64,000 nt of DNA from the human T2T-CHM13v2.0 reference genome, Homo sapiens: NCBI RefSeq assembly GCF_009914755.1, contig NC_060940.1. The stretch is one strand, 5' to 3'. Position 1 is the first letter of the stretch, and each line of letters opens with the position of its first letter. The position numbers were made by a program, and so were the translations under genes. Below, in pieces: positions 17,372 through 34,524 of this stretch. The notes below the pieces were generated by a model. The model worked only from the letters and a program-made list of their open reading frames with translations. It was not told where the DNA came from and did no database searches.

Positions 17372-18005
17372 AGCTTGTACTCAGAGCAGGGGATATTTAG
17401 ACTTGAAGGGGCCAGGGAGGAAGGTACTGGTTCTACTAAGCCCCATGTTCACTGGGCAGCCACTAAGTTAGGGACCGTGTGTGTACCGAGTGGATTCCGA
17501 CAAAGAAGCTGTCTCAGGAGCCCCAGCCAGCTGCAGAGGGGGGCCCAAGCTCCAAGGCTGGGTGTCAGGTTTGCCAGGTGCTGGCTCCGCTAGGGGCCGC
17601 AGGCTGCGCTGGGCGGGACTGGGCTGGGCTGGTACCTGTGCCCGGTGTCAGGCCAGCTGTAGTTGCAGCGGTCAGCTGCCGCTCTCTGGCCCTGTGCGAA
17701 CTGCTGTGCCAGGTGCACCCTGGGGGACCAGGCTGCCTGGGCTTCCTGGAACTGGTGAAGCTGCCGCCACTTCCTCTATGCTCTCTCCAGCAGGCAATTC
17801 TGGGTAAACGATCTTCATTTGCCTATAAAGCTGCACAGCTCACAGGCCTTGGACCGTTTCTGCCCCAGCCCCAGCATTGGCCCTTTGGACAGACTCTGAA
17901 ACCGTGCGCAGAACGCACCCTGTCATTACAAATGACTCCTGGAGGCAGTCCCCGGGGGCCTGGCAGGAGCACCTGTGTTTCTGTGGGGTCTGAAAATGAC
18001 AGACC

Positions 18006-18112
18006 AATCGCTTGAACCCGGGAGGCGGAAGTTGCAGTGAGCCGAGATCGAGACATTGCCCTCCAGCCTGGGCAACAAGAGCAAAACTCCATCTCAAAAA
18101 AAAAAAAAAAAA
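18006..18112 (+). mobile_element. 5'-truncated Alu right arm at the inferred duplicon junction
   Basis: Alu begins abruptly at AATCGCTTGAACCCGGGAGG; composition switches from GC-rich to AT-richer across it. Confidence 0.75.
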
Positions 18113-18628
18113 TCTTCACAAATATAATTTGTAATGGCTGCAGAAAATTTCAGCTCTGAATGTACTGCATCCTAATCAGTTTCCTATTGTTGAGCATTAG
18201 TATAGTTTCCAGGTGTTTTGTTTTTGTTTTGCTATTAATAAGTAAAACTGAGATGAATACTTCTGTATCAATCTTGATCCTTATTTTAGATAATTTCCAT
18301 TTCATTCCTCCCATTTCTTGAGTGCTTCCTATGGTCAGGTGCTGTGCTGTGTGCTGAGTATGGAGGAGGTAGGCTGAGATAGATGTGACCTTTGCTCTTG
18401 CAAAGCTGATATACTAAGGGTTGGACAGATGCTAAATGTGCAAAGAAACCCAATACTTGCAGATGGTGCTGGGTACTACCAAGGAAAGAAATAGGGTATA
18501 TGACAGAGTACCTGGAAAGGGCACTGGCCAGCTTTTATGGGCAGGGAGGTCAAAGCAAACCTGTCTGGAGATGAGACAGGCCAGGAAAATCAGGGCAGGG
18601 GCCAGAGTAGGGCAAATGTGGTGCCTAG

Positions 18629-18751
<123 letters not shown>

Positions 18752-18774
18752 TGAGTAGCTGGGATTACAGTACA

Positions 18775-18915
18775 GCCTCAAATTTAAGGAGGGACTCACT
18801 CACAGGATTGTGCAAATGCAAAGTTGGCTTTTGCATGACCCTGGGAGTAGGTGCCTCCTTAAATTTTGCACCCTCAGCAACTCCATCACCTGTCACTTTG
18901 CTAGTCCCAACCCTG
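18775..18915. mobile_element. MER96-like hAT MITE remnant hosting the miRNA hairpin
   Basis: Palindromic core AAATTTAAGGAGG...CCTTAAATTTTGCACCCT and right terminus CTAGTCCCAACCCTG; left terminus missing where an Alu fragment (18636-18770) ends. Confidence 0.55.
18780..18866 (+). ncRNA. MIR3680-1: pre-miR-3680 hairpin (5p about 18793-18814, 3p about 18829-18851)
   Basis: 87-nt stem-loop closed by a perfect 13-bp AAATTTAAGGAGG/CCTCCTTAAATTT stem. Arms GACTCACTCACAGGATTGTGCA and TTTTGCATGACCCTGGGAGTAGG match miR-3680-5p/3p as recalled; -1 versus -2 inferred from context. Confidence 0.85.
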
Positions 18916-19134
18916 ATGGGAACAAATGCAGGGAAGGCATTCCAGATGGCGGGAACAGCAAGTACAAAAATCCAGAGGCCAGAAAGGCCTGGTGTGTTTC
19001 AGGAACAGAAACTCGGCTCCCATGACTGAAATGGAGTAGGGAAATCCTAATGGAGCCAGAGAGGCAGAACCACCAACAGGAAGAAGAAAAAAATGTTGGA
19101 AGTTATGAGAGTTGCTCACGTTTGATTCATTTGA

Positions 19135-22025
<2,891 letters not shown>

Positions 22026-22289
22026 CCCCAGCTTCTTTCACCAGCAGAAGGCGGGCAAGCCTCAGGGTGAGAGGACTTCAAAGCACATTTCACATTGCAG
22101 AGGACAGGGTTTGGTGGTCGTGGGTACTCCCTTCCCTTCCATCGTTTAGTTTTTTTCATTGGGAAGAAATGGTAAAAGGTGCTAGGACTCGATGGGCACA
22201 TTTCAGGTGGAGGTTGGGAAGGTGGATATCCACCTGTCGATCTGACTATTTTCACTTTCCACCCCGCCCCGTAGAAAGTGGGAAAACTG

Positions 22290-23460
22290 GCACACGTGAA
22301 TCCAAGGGCGCGCCTGTGTGCGCGCGCACCCCAGGGCAACAGCCCGCCCCCCCCCCCCCCCACCCCCCACCGCAGGTCCTTGATTGGACGCCTGTTTACA
22401 CCTGACTGCCTGGCCCTCCGGTGCTTTCCGGGAAGCATTTGGGAGAAAAGTGTGTGGCCGCAGTAGTGGAGATCCCCTGTCTTAGGATTCGTCACCGCTA
22501 CGCCCAGACCTCTTCGCCGTCCAAGAGCCTGGGGCCGTGGGGGGCGGGGCGGCCTGCTATCGGCCCCGCCCCGCCGACAGGACCCGCCTCTCTCCGCAGG
22601 CACGGCGGGGCCGACCCCGCCTCTCGCTCCCAGCATGCCGTGCGACAGCGGCGGCGCGGCGAGCGGAGCCGGGAGGCGGGGAAGCAGTGGCCGTGTGAGC
22701 GTGAGGAGCTGCCGCCACCGCCTGTTCCTCGTCGTCCTCCTCCTCGGGGGCCCCGGCGACGTGGGCCGCGCAGGGCCCTGGAAGAGACGTCGCCTCCCCT
22801 TCATCCGCCTCTCTCTCACCGCGCCGCTCCCGCCTCCTCGTCCTGTGCTGCGGGCTCAGGCGGAACCCGAAACGGTCGTCCTCTTCCCCCGCCCGCCGCC
22901 GCCTCCTCCTCCTCCTCCTTCTCGGCTTCCTTCTCAGCCCCGGGCCGGAGCGGGGTGTTGGCGGCGGCCGGTTCGGGTGGCGACTCGCGCTTCTCTGGGC
23001 GGCGGCGCTTGGCTATATCGTGTCGGGGAAGGTAATGAGCCGCAGAGCCCCGGGGTCTCGGCTGAGCGGCGGCGGCGGCGGCGGCGGCGGCACCAACGGC
23101 ACCAACTATTCGCGGAGCTGGAATGACTGGCAACCCAGGTGGGTGACCGGCCCGGGACCCCGCCCCGACCTCCCGGGCTCCGCCTCGGGCGGGCGGAGGC
23201 CTAGGGCCGCGGGGCTGGGAGGCGCGGCCTAGGCCCTCCACCCCCGGGAGCCGGGCGCGGCTTCCTGGGTCTCCTCCGCCCCGGCTGGGGGAGGAAGGCC
23301 GCGGGGAGGCGAGGCCTAAGTGCCTCTCCCCTCCCTGCTTGTTCAGCCCGGGGCTGAAGCCGAGACCCGGGGCTCCCGGCGGTGGCACTGGCCTAGGGTC
23401 GGGACCAGGAGGTGAGAAAGAGGCGGGGGTGGGGGGGCGGGGGGCATTCCACTTACCGCT
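22290..23460 (+). promoter_or_regulatory. CpG-island promoter, 5'UTR and exon 1 region of the SMG1 paralog
   Basis: Dense CpG; CACGTG at 22293, NRF1-like TGCGCGCGCA near 22319, inverted CCAAT near 22383, GC boxes 22540-22575. Confidence 0.85.
23035..23138 (+). pseudogene. SMG1P exon 1 coding part (104 nt)
   Basis: MSRRAPGSRLSGGGGGGGGTNGTNYSRSWNDWQP; donor AG|GTGGGT. Confidence 0.93.
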
Positions 23461-26400
23461 TCCCCCTGACCCCGAGTTGGGAGATTCTGAGAGTACAGGA
23501 CCCTCCCTGTTACTCATTCACTTTCTCGGTTCCCCAGTCTTTCAGCCGCCACGTGAGAGCTCTTCTAACCTCTGTTCCTTTCTGTGACCCCCACGTGGTA
23601 ATATTGAAAAAACCAAAACAAAACTCCAGCTAAGGCATTGCTCTGACTTTAGGCAGAACATTCATTAGTGGAGCGTGAGATGAGATTGTGTGACTGTTGA
23701 TGGGATCGACCTACTCTGGTCTTGGGCGATGGAAGTTTTCCCTAAGTGCAAGGCCGGTTACTCTGGTGAATCGTAATTCATACCTGGACACTTGAGTGAA
23801 CTCTGGGCACCCACTTAGAAGTCTAGAGAATTTCCTCTTTTATGGAGGATTTGATGTCAGACCGTTTTGGGGCTTAGTTAGATTTGAATATATTAGGAAC
23901 ATTAACTTTTTAAATAAATGTAATTTCCTGTCTTTTTGATCAATGGGGGGAGGGCAGCTGTGCCTAATTTAGGATTGATTTATTCTAACCTCTCTTACTA
24001 AATAAATGCTTGTATTCAGAGTCTGTTTGGAATTTAACCCAATGCTTAGAACTCCTTAAATATACAGAAATATATTTTAGGGGTAATTGATTCATGGAAC
24101 TCTCCTACTTTGGAGCACAATTGTATTATAATTGTCCGGAAACTGGCCAGATAATGTAGAACGCACAAGTTGTTGAGAAGCCCTTTTGTTTCCTGATAGT
24201 TACATGTAATTCCAGCAGTATTTGGAAATAATTTGCTAAGATGTTAGAATGTAACATTTGAAGACTTGTTAGAAAAATCAATAAAATTATCTTTGGCTAA
24301 TGGGTAGTACACATCTTAGTCTGTTTAATATGCCTTTCCAAAAAAAACTGTGTCTGTTGAGAATTGGTGTATATAACTAGATGACTTTAATAATTAGTGC
24401 CTGAGTCTAGAATTGAGATGTTTAGTCGTAAAAAAAAATATTGTTCGATAAACAGCGTTGACTTGTCTTGTACCACTTAAGAGTTTGTGAGTGCTTTAAA
24501 TAAAATTAGTTGATTAAGTATTTTTTTTCCTATGATTGACATGCTTAGTTTTGCCTTTTTATTGAAATGTGTGAAATTTGATTTTCTGGCATCTAACAAA
24601 TTAGGTGGTAAATGAATGACAATGGATTTTCTATTATTTTTCAGTATTGTGATCAGTATAAGTATATAAGAGAATTTAGTAACCTTTTAGAAGAATAAAG
24701 TGCCCTTCCCAAATAGTCCTACAGCTTTTGGAAAAGTGTAAATTGTAGTTTGTAGTTCTAAATAAATAGAGAAGAGTCGCAGCCACGTGCTAGGGCCAGC
24801 TGACTTCATTGCTGACAGGTATGAAGCCAAATGGCTTATGTAGTTATGGAATATGTACATGAGCTATTAATAAATATTATCCATGTTGTTTCTTTCAAGT
24901 GCTTTATTTCTTGGCTCTGGGGAGGGGCGATGGGGGAAGGGAGGAGCTTACAAGAAAGCTTGCAAGGTTTCTTTGAAGCTGTGCTTTTTGTAGGAAAGTT
25001 TCAGGATGTAACGCCTTGGTAGACGATACTGTGATACATTTGGTTACAGGCAATAACAGTTTGTTAGGATGTTGGAAAAATTTGATTTTCTCCTGTTGTA
25101 GAGGGAACAGGGAAGTGTGGACATACCCCATAGCATAACTTGATTTGTTGCTAAGATTGTCATAGCTGATTTGTTAGTCAATAAAAATACCTGGGGTGTT
25201 TGCCAAGTCATAAATTTTTATTAGTTAAATTTGAGGTGATTCTGTCCCCTATTCAGAAAGATGACAGACTCCAGGTAACTGACGGAACAGATCTTGATCT
25301 TGCTTCTTGCTTAAATGAAGGTTTAGAACATCTTCAGATGCAGGCACATTTATTATTGTTCATCTGAATAATTTTGGTGAAAATTTTTTTGCCTCTTATG
25401 TACCATTTTGTCCCTGGTGTTTTGGTTCTGTTTTCCTTGATGTAGGCTTTTTTTTTTTTTTTTTTTTGTCTTCCTGAGATGGAGTCTTGCTCTGTCTCCC
25501 AGGCTGGAGTGCAGTGGTGTAATCTCGACTCACTGCAGCCCCTGCCTCCCGGTTACAGGGAAAAATTCTCCTGCCTCAGCCTCCTGAGTAGCTGGGATTA
25601 CAGGCGTCCAGCTAATTTTTGTATTTTTAGTAGAGACGAGATTCCACCATGTTGGCCGGCCTGTTCTCGGACTCCTGACTCAGGTGATCCGCCTGCTTTG
25701 GCCTCCCAAAGTGCTGGGATTACAGGTGTAAGTCATCGCACTCAGCCGATTTAGGCTTTTGAAAAAGCAATACTTGTTGATTTCTTTTAGTGTTAGTTTG
25801 CCAGTTGGTGTGGAAAATGACTGTTGAGACAATTTTGACCACACATGATACTTCACACATACTGACAGGAAGTGTTCCAGGTGGCTGAATATGTGAATGT
25901 CATATGGCAAGAGAGCAAACCCGTGTTCCATAGAAGCATACCTCCAACAGTAAGCATTTATATGGCACTGGCTTATAGTCTTCCTTTTCATTCACTGTGC
26001 TCTCAGTCAACTCTTCTGTCAATTTTTTTGAGACGGTCTTGCTGTGTCACCCAGGCTGGAGTGCAGCGGCACAGATACTTGGCTTACTGCAGTCTCGACC
26101 TCCCAGGCTCAAGCCTCCTGCCTCAGCATCCACAAGTAGCTGGGGCTACAGGCGCTTGCCAACAGCCCGGCTCATTTTTGTATTTTTTGTAGAGATGGGG
26201 TTTTCACCACGTTGCCCAGGCTGGTCTTGAACCCCTGAACGCAAGCAATCTGCCCACCTTCAGCCTCCCAAAGTGTTGAGATTACAGGTGTGAGCCACTG
26301 CACCCGACATTTAAGAATGGTTAAGCAGGCCGGGGGCAGTGGCTCACGCCTGTAATCCCAGCACTTTGGGAGGCTGAGGTGGGTGGATCACCTGAGGTCA

Positions 26401-27501
26401 GGAGTTCGAGACCAGCCTGGCCAACCGACATGGTGAAACCCCCGTCTCTACTAAAAAAAAATAAATAAATAAATTAGCGGGATGTGGTGGTGCATGCCTG
26501 TAATCCCAGTTACTCGGGAGGCTGAGGCAGGAGAATCACTTGAACCTGAGAGGCAGAGGTTGTAGTGAGCGACATCACACCACTGCACTCCAGCCTGGGC
26601 AGCAGAGCAAGACTCCTTCTCAAAAAAAATAAAAAGTTAAAAAAAGAATGGTTAAACAAATGAGTGTCTTAGGTCAGTTGTATTATTTGAAATCTGTGGG
26701 TTCCTCAAGCGTAAAGTTGAGAAGGTTTTGGGAACCACTGGATGCCTCTGGTTTTTTTCATATGAAGAAACAGGGGTGGTGGCTTCTTAGAACAAAGGGA
26801 TATCTGACCTATGGAGGTGGCCCTCTTTACTCCTCTTCCCTAAAAAAATGACCTATCATTGCCAATAGCTAAAGTCTGTCATTTTTTCCACCTTAGTTTG
26901 GAAGATAATCTTCTAGTATCAATCAAGACAGAGATCAGAATGATGTGTTTTAAAATTAAATGTGTAATTCATAATTGTACATTTTAATATTCTAAAGTGA
27001 CATTGATTAATTTGACATTGGAGTCAAATAGATTGATTAATTCAACAAAGAAGAGAAGGCATTCAAGTCAACAGAAAACAAGTAGATTTTACTTCTCCAC
27101 TCGGGGTATTAGGACATTAATTGTGTAATTGGTCTTACTTGTTTAGTAGTAGATCTATATTGAGTGTCTTACTGTGCCCAAACTTAGGATCTTTCTATAT
27201 TTCTAAAAGGATGAAACTGTATAATAAAAACACCTTCCAATTTTGGTAGATTGTAGACAGATCAGAGTATTCAAAAGTACACACATCTTCTCTATTGTGA
27301 AAGACCAAAAAATGGAAATGTGTTGTGAAATTAGAAAAGCTGTATACTAGTATGTCTGATGTTGTGAGAAGCTGGATTTTTGAAACCAGAGTTGTCTATT
27401 CAGCCTTTTATCAGTCTGTACTAAGTTTGATGTCCATAGGTACATAATATAGGGAGATACATAAAGGATAAAATTAAGTGAAGTTACATATTTTATACCT
27501 A

Positions 27502-27565
27502 TTAGGTAGGTGCAAAAGTAATTGCGGTTTTGGCAAAAACCGCAGTTACTTCCACACCAGTCTAA
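27502..27565. mobile_element. MADE1 (Hsmar1-derived MITE), centrally shortened
   Basis: TA|TTAGGTAGGTGCAAAAGTAATTGCGGTTTTGGCAAAAACCGCAGTTACTTCCACACCAGTCTAA|TA; inverted repeats and TA TSD. Confidence 0.85.
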
Positions 27566-28222
27566 TATTAAATGGAACTAGAGTCAAATAGAATTTAGCG
27601 ATTGCCAGTTCTGTTCCACAGATTTCAAAGTACACTAAGGAAAATTTCAGCAAATTGTGTATGGCTGTTTTACTTGGGGGAGAGTAAAACAGCCATAATA
27701 AACTAAAAAATAAAAATTAAAACTAAAGGAACATTTGTTTTTATGTTTTTCTTTTCTTTTCTTTCCTCTTTTTTGAGATATGCTCTTGCTCTGTTGCCCA
27801 GGCTGGAGTGCAGTGGTGCAATCACTGCTCACTGCAGCCTTGACTTCCTGGGCTCTGGGAATCCTCCCGCCTTAGCCTCCTGAGTAGCTGGGACCACAGG
27901 TGCATACCACCACACCTGGCTAATTTATTTTTCCTCTCTCTCTCTCTTTTTTTTTTGAGACAGAGCTTTACTTTGTCGCCCAGGCTGGAGTATAGTGGCA
28001 CAATCTCAGCTCACTTGCAACCTCCGCCTCCTGGTTCAAGTGATTCTCCTGTCTCAGCCTCCCAAGTAGCTGGGAATACAGGTGCATGCCACTATGCCCG
28101 GCTAATTTTTGTGTTTTTAGTGGAGATGGGATTTCACCATGTTGGCCAGGCTGGTCTTGAACTGCTGACCTCAGGTGATCCACCCGCTTCGGCCTCCCAA
28201 AGTGCTGGGATTACAGGCGTGA

Positions 28223-28363
<141 letters not shown>

Positions 28364-28691
28364 TAGCTGGGACCACAGGTGCATGTTACCACCCCCAGCT
28401 ACTTTATTTTTTTTTTGTTTTCTGTAGAGACGGGGTTTTGCCATGCTGCCTGGGCTGGTCTTGAATACCTAGGCTCAAGTGATCCTTCCTCCTTGGCCTC
28501 CCAAAGTGCCAGGATTACAGGTGTGACCCACCATGCTTGGCACGCTAATTTTTTATTTTTACTTTTTTGTAGAGATGGGGCCTCCCCATGTTGCCCATGC
28601 TGGTGTCAAACTCCTACTCCATTATGAAATAAGTCATTCCTTATGAAACACTTAGTAATTGTATCTTTAAGTTGAACCTTCCCCTCACCCC

Positions 28692-28726
<35 letters not shown>

Positions 28727-29392
28727 AGACAGAGTTTTGCTCTTGTTGTCCAGGCTGGAGCGCAATGGTGCAATCTCGGCTCACTGCATCCTCCGCCTCC
28801 CAGGTACAAGCTGTTTTCCTGTCTCAGCCTCCCAAGTAGATCAGATTACAGGCATGTGCCACCACACCCGGCTAATTTTTTTATATTTAGTAGAGATGGG
28901 GTTTCACCATGTTAGGCTGGTCGTGAACTCCTGACCTCAGGTGATCCACCTGCCTCGGCCTCCCAAAGTGCTGGGATTACAGGTGTGTGCCACTGCACCC
29001 CGCCTTTTTTTTTAAAGACATAGTTTCACTCTGTCTCCCAGGGTGGAGTGCAGTGGCACAATCTTGGCTCAGTACAACCTCCACCTCCTGGGTTCAAGTG
29101 ATTCATGTGCCTCTGCCTCCCGAGTAGCTGGGACTACAGGCGCATGTCACCAGGCCCGTCTAATTTTTGTATTAGAGACAGGGTTTCGCCATGTTGGCCA
29201 GGCTGGTCTCGAACTCCTGACCTCGAGTTCCCACCTTGGCTTCTCAAAGTGCTGGGATTACAGAAGTGAGACACCGTGCCTGGACCCGCCAACCCATTTT
29301 GTTTTGATTCCTTTATAAATTAGTATAATGGAAGGTTTTTTTGTTTGTTTTTTATAACAGGTAATGAAATACTCTAATTCAGTAAATATTGA

Positions 29393-29671
<279 letters not shown>

Positions 29672-30805
29672 TAGCCAGGATGGTCTCGATCTCCTGACCT
29701 CGTGATCCGCCCGCCTCGGCCTCCCAAAGTGCTGGGATTACAGGTGAGAGCCACTGTGCCCGGCGAAGCAGCGTCTCTTTTTAAGGTTGTAAGGTAGCTT
29801 GGGTTAGAAATAAAGGCAGAGAGCCACTCCATACCTGTAGTTCTAGCTACTGGGGAGGCTAAGACCAGAGGAATCTCTTGAGCCCAGGAGTTCAAGGCTG
29901 CAGTGAGCTGTAATCACACACTGCGCTACAACGTGGGCAACATAGAGTGAGACCTAATAAATAAATAAATAAATAAATAAACAAATAAATGCAAGGAGAA
30001 AGTCAGGAACTTGGTGCATTTAGGTGTACAATTAGTTGGCATAAACAATTTTTTTTTTTGAGATGGAGTTTCTCTCTTGTTGCCCAGGCTGGAGTGCAGT
30101 GGGGCAGTCTCGGCTCACTGAAACCTCTGCCTCCTGGGTTCAAGTGATTCTCCTGCCTCAGCCTCCCGAGTAGCTGGGATTACAGGTGCCCGCCACCACG
30201 GCCAGCTAATTTTTGTATTTTTAACAGATGGGGTTTTGCCATATTGGCCAGGCTGACCTTGAACTCCTGACCTCAAGTGATCCGTCCACCTCAGCCTCCC
30301 AAAGTGCTGGGATTACAGGCGTGAGCCACTATGCCAGCCAAGAATTTTTAAAAAAGGAGTTTCATTCAGCCCACCTCATTCCTCTGCAGGGCACCTGTGT
30401 GCAGGGCAAAACTGCTCAACCCTACTCAGAAGCCCTGTGAAAGCTGCTGAAAGGATGAGCAGATTGAGGCCTGAACTGTATCTTGGATTTAGCAGCCTGG
30501 AGGTCATAATGGATTTTGCCAAGAGTGATGGGGCAGAAATTGGACCAGTGTGTGTTAAGGAGCTAGAAGAAGTGAAGAAATGGGAGAGGGGAATCTAGAC
30601 AACTTTAGTTTGGCTGCAGCAAGTAAAGGCAGATTGTTTGATGGAGGGACGTGTGGGATTGATGGAGTTTTTCCTTTTTATATGTTTTTGTATTTTTCAA
30701 TGGAATACATTAGAAAGTGTTGCATGTTTATGGGGGGGATTTAGTTCAGTGGGAAAAGTATTTGAAAAGTTACAGTAAGGTGGAAGTAGATGGAATCCTC
30801 AGTAA

Positions 30806-31168
<363 letters not shown>

Positions 31169-32030
31169 TAGAATGTGTGTATGGGGAGGGGAGGTGATAG
31201 GATATTTTGGAATTTGAAGAGAATGGGAATGTCTGGATAGTGCATGTATAGAATGGGAAGTAAACACTGGAGGACCTGGGAGTGTGGTGCTTATTGATGG
31301 ATCGTTGGGTTTATCCAGGATTGGGGTTTTGCCAGATGGGTGTGATGAGAATCTTAAGAGTTAAGGGTATAGGCAAGAGTGTTGTTGAAATGATACACAA
31401 TGAAATCTAAGCTGGTTAAAGAAGTGAAGAAGGGGCCGGGCACGTTGGCTCACGCCTGTAATTCCAACACTTTGGGAGGCCGAGGCGGGTGGATCCCTTG
31501 AGGTCAGGAGTTCGAGACCAACCTGGCCAACATGGTGAAACCCCGTCTCTACTAAAAATACAAAAATTAGCCGGGTGTGGTAGCAGGGGCCTGTAATCTC
31601 AGCTACTTGGGAGGCTGAGGCAGGAGAATCGCTTGAACCTGGAGGTGGAGGTTGCAGTGAGCCAGTATTGCACCACTATACTCCAGCCTGGGCAACAAAG
31701 TCAGAGTCTGTCTCAAAAAAAAAAAAAAAAAATGAAGTGAAGAAGGAGGAGAATACTTGGATTGGGATAAAGTAGAAAGAGTCACTGGATTAAAGTTAAC
31801 TAAAAAACTCATAAACTTTAGAGTGGTATTGAGAAATTGTAGGGTGAACTGAAAAAGGCTCATGGGATTTTAGAGCCAAGAAGGCCTTGAGTGGCAGTTC
31901 CTACCTTAGTAGGAATAGCTTCAGTGGTGTGTTGCAGGTGGAACCCAGATTAAAGTGGGTTAAAAAGTAAATGAAGGCAAGGAAGATAAATTTTTCAACA
32001 GGTTTGTCTGTGAAGAGTCCAGGCTATTAG

Positions 32031-32345
<315 letters not shown>

Positions 32346-32415
32346 TGAGCCACCGTGCCCGGCCTTATTTTCTTAATTTTTAAATTTATTTTATTATTAT
32401 TATGATTATTTTTGA

Positions 32416-32517
<102 letters not shown>

Positions 32518-32623
32518 TGAGTAGCTGGGATTGCAGGCGCCCGCCACCACGCCTGGCTGATATTTGTATATTTAGTAGAGACGGGGTTTCACTACATTGG
32601 GCAGGCTGGTCTTGAACTCCTGA

Positions 32624-32872
<249 letters not shown>

Positions 32873-33225
32873 TAGTAGAGACGGGGTTTCACCGTGTTGG
32901 CCAGGGTGGTCTCAATCTCCTGACCTTATGATCTGCCTGCCTTCGCCTCCCAAAGTGCTGGGATTACAGGCATGAGCCACCGTGCCCGGCCATTTTTTGT
33001 TTTTGTTTTTGTTTTTTTTAAAGTAAGACTTTTGAGAGTGCTCATATGTTGATGATGTAATAAGCAGTAGTAAAATGGGAGATTTTGCAACGTACAAAAG
33101 AAACAGGCCGGGTGCAGTGGCTCAAGCCTGTAATCCCAGCACTTTGGGGAGGCCAAGGTGGGCGGATCACGAGGTCAGGAGATCGAGACCATCCTGGCTA
33201 ACATGGTGAAACCCCGTCTCTACTA

Positions 33226-33369
<144 letters not shown>

Positions 33370-34524
33370 CTACATCTCAAAAAAAAAAAGACAAGACATA
33401 CCTTGGAAAATGGGGGGAATAGACAGATGATTTCTATGGATAGGAGGTTTATTTGTTCCATTATGCGAAGATGATGGGAAGAAAAGCTGTATGTGCAGAT
33501 GCAGGTGAATTTGTGGATATATTAGAAGGAAGATGACAGGCAGTGATGGAGTGTTGAAGAGCTCAAACATTAGACAGTACTGGGTCTGAGTTCTGACTCT
33601 GCCTTTTGCAAGCTGTGCAACCATAGGCCAGTTATGAAACCTTAGTTATCAAGTTATAACTAATAGGATTGTGTTGAACACGAAATGACATGATAAACAT
33701 ATGTAAACTGCTTGGATCAGTTGCCCACTAGCTCTTGTTAGGAGCTAAAATGTTAGCTCTTGCTGAGGGTGCTGTCAAATGGCTTCTGTTTCTCATGGAG
33801 CAGAAATCTATAAGGTCATCCACTGGTAGTGGTGGGAGAAGGAAAAAGGTGCAGAAAGTTTTACAGATGTTTTGGAAAGGAAAGAAACCTGGTGAGGGAA
33901 ATGTGGGCAGCATCAGAGGCCCACTTGAAGTCAGAGAAAAGGAGCATTGGGGCATGGAGGTGAGGGGGTACTTTCTTCAGCTTTTCTCTGAAGACAATTG
34001 TGCATGTGAAACAAGGGTTAAAATCAGATCTATTGCCCTCCTGGATTTATTGGCTTCGTTTGCTCTTTCTGGCTAATTTGATTGGAGTTCTGAAAGTAGA
34101 GAATATTAGAGGTTCCTTGGAAGGAAAATAAGCAACACTGAAGTCAAATCTTTATCATGTTTGCTGGAAATGTTATTAAAAAACAAAATTTATGGCCGGG
34201 TGCAGTGGCTTATGCCTGTAATCCCAACCCTTTGGGAGGCTGAGGTGAGTGGATCACTTGAGCTCAGGAGTGCGAGACCAGCTTGGGCAACATTTTGGGA
34301 ATGTTGTAGAGAATGGGACAAAAAAATACAAAAGTTGCTGGGCGTGGTGGAGTAAGCCTGTGGTCTCAACTACTTGGGAGGCTGATGTGGGAGGTTTGCT
34401 TGAGCTCGGATTGCACCACTGCACTCTAGCCTGGGCGACAGTGTGAGACCCTTTTTCAAAACAAACAAGCAACTTTTTTTGAGCTACAGTATATTTAATG
34501 GTTTTAAATATGAGTGCAGAGTAA

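Noticed and set aside
16791-17593. 226-aa and 147-aa repetitive ORFs
   Set aside because: Created by the 26-bp VNTR, which lacks stops in most frames.
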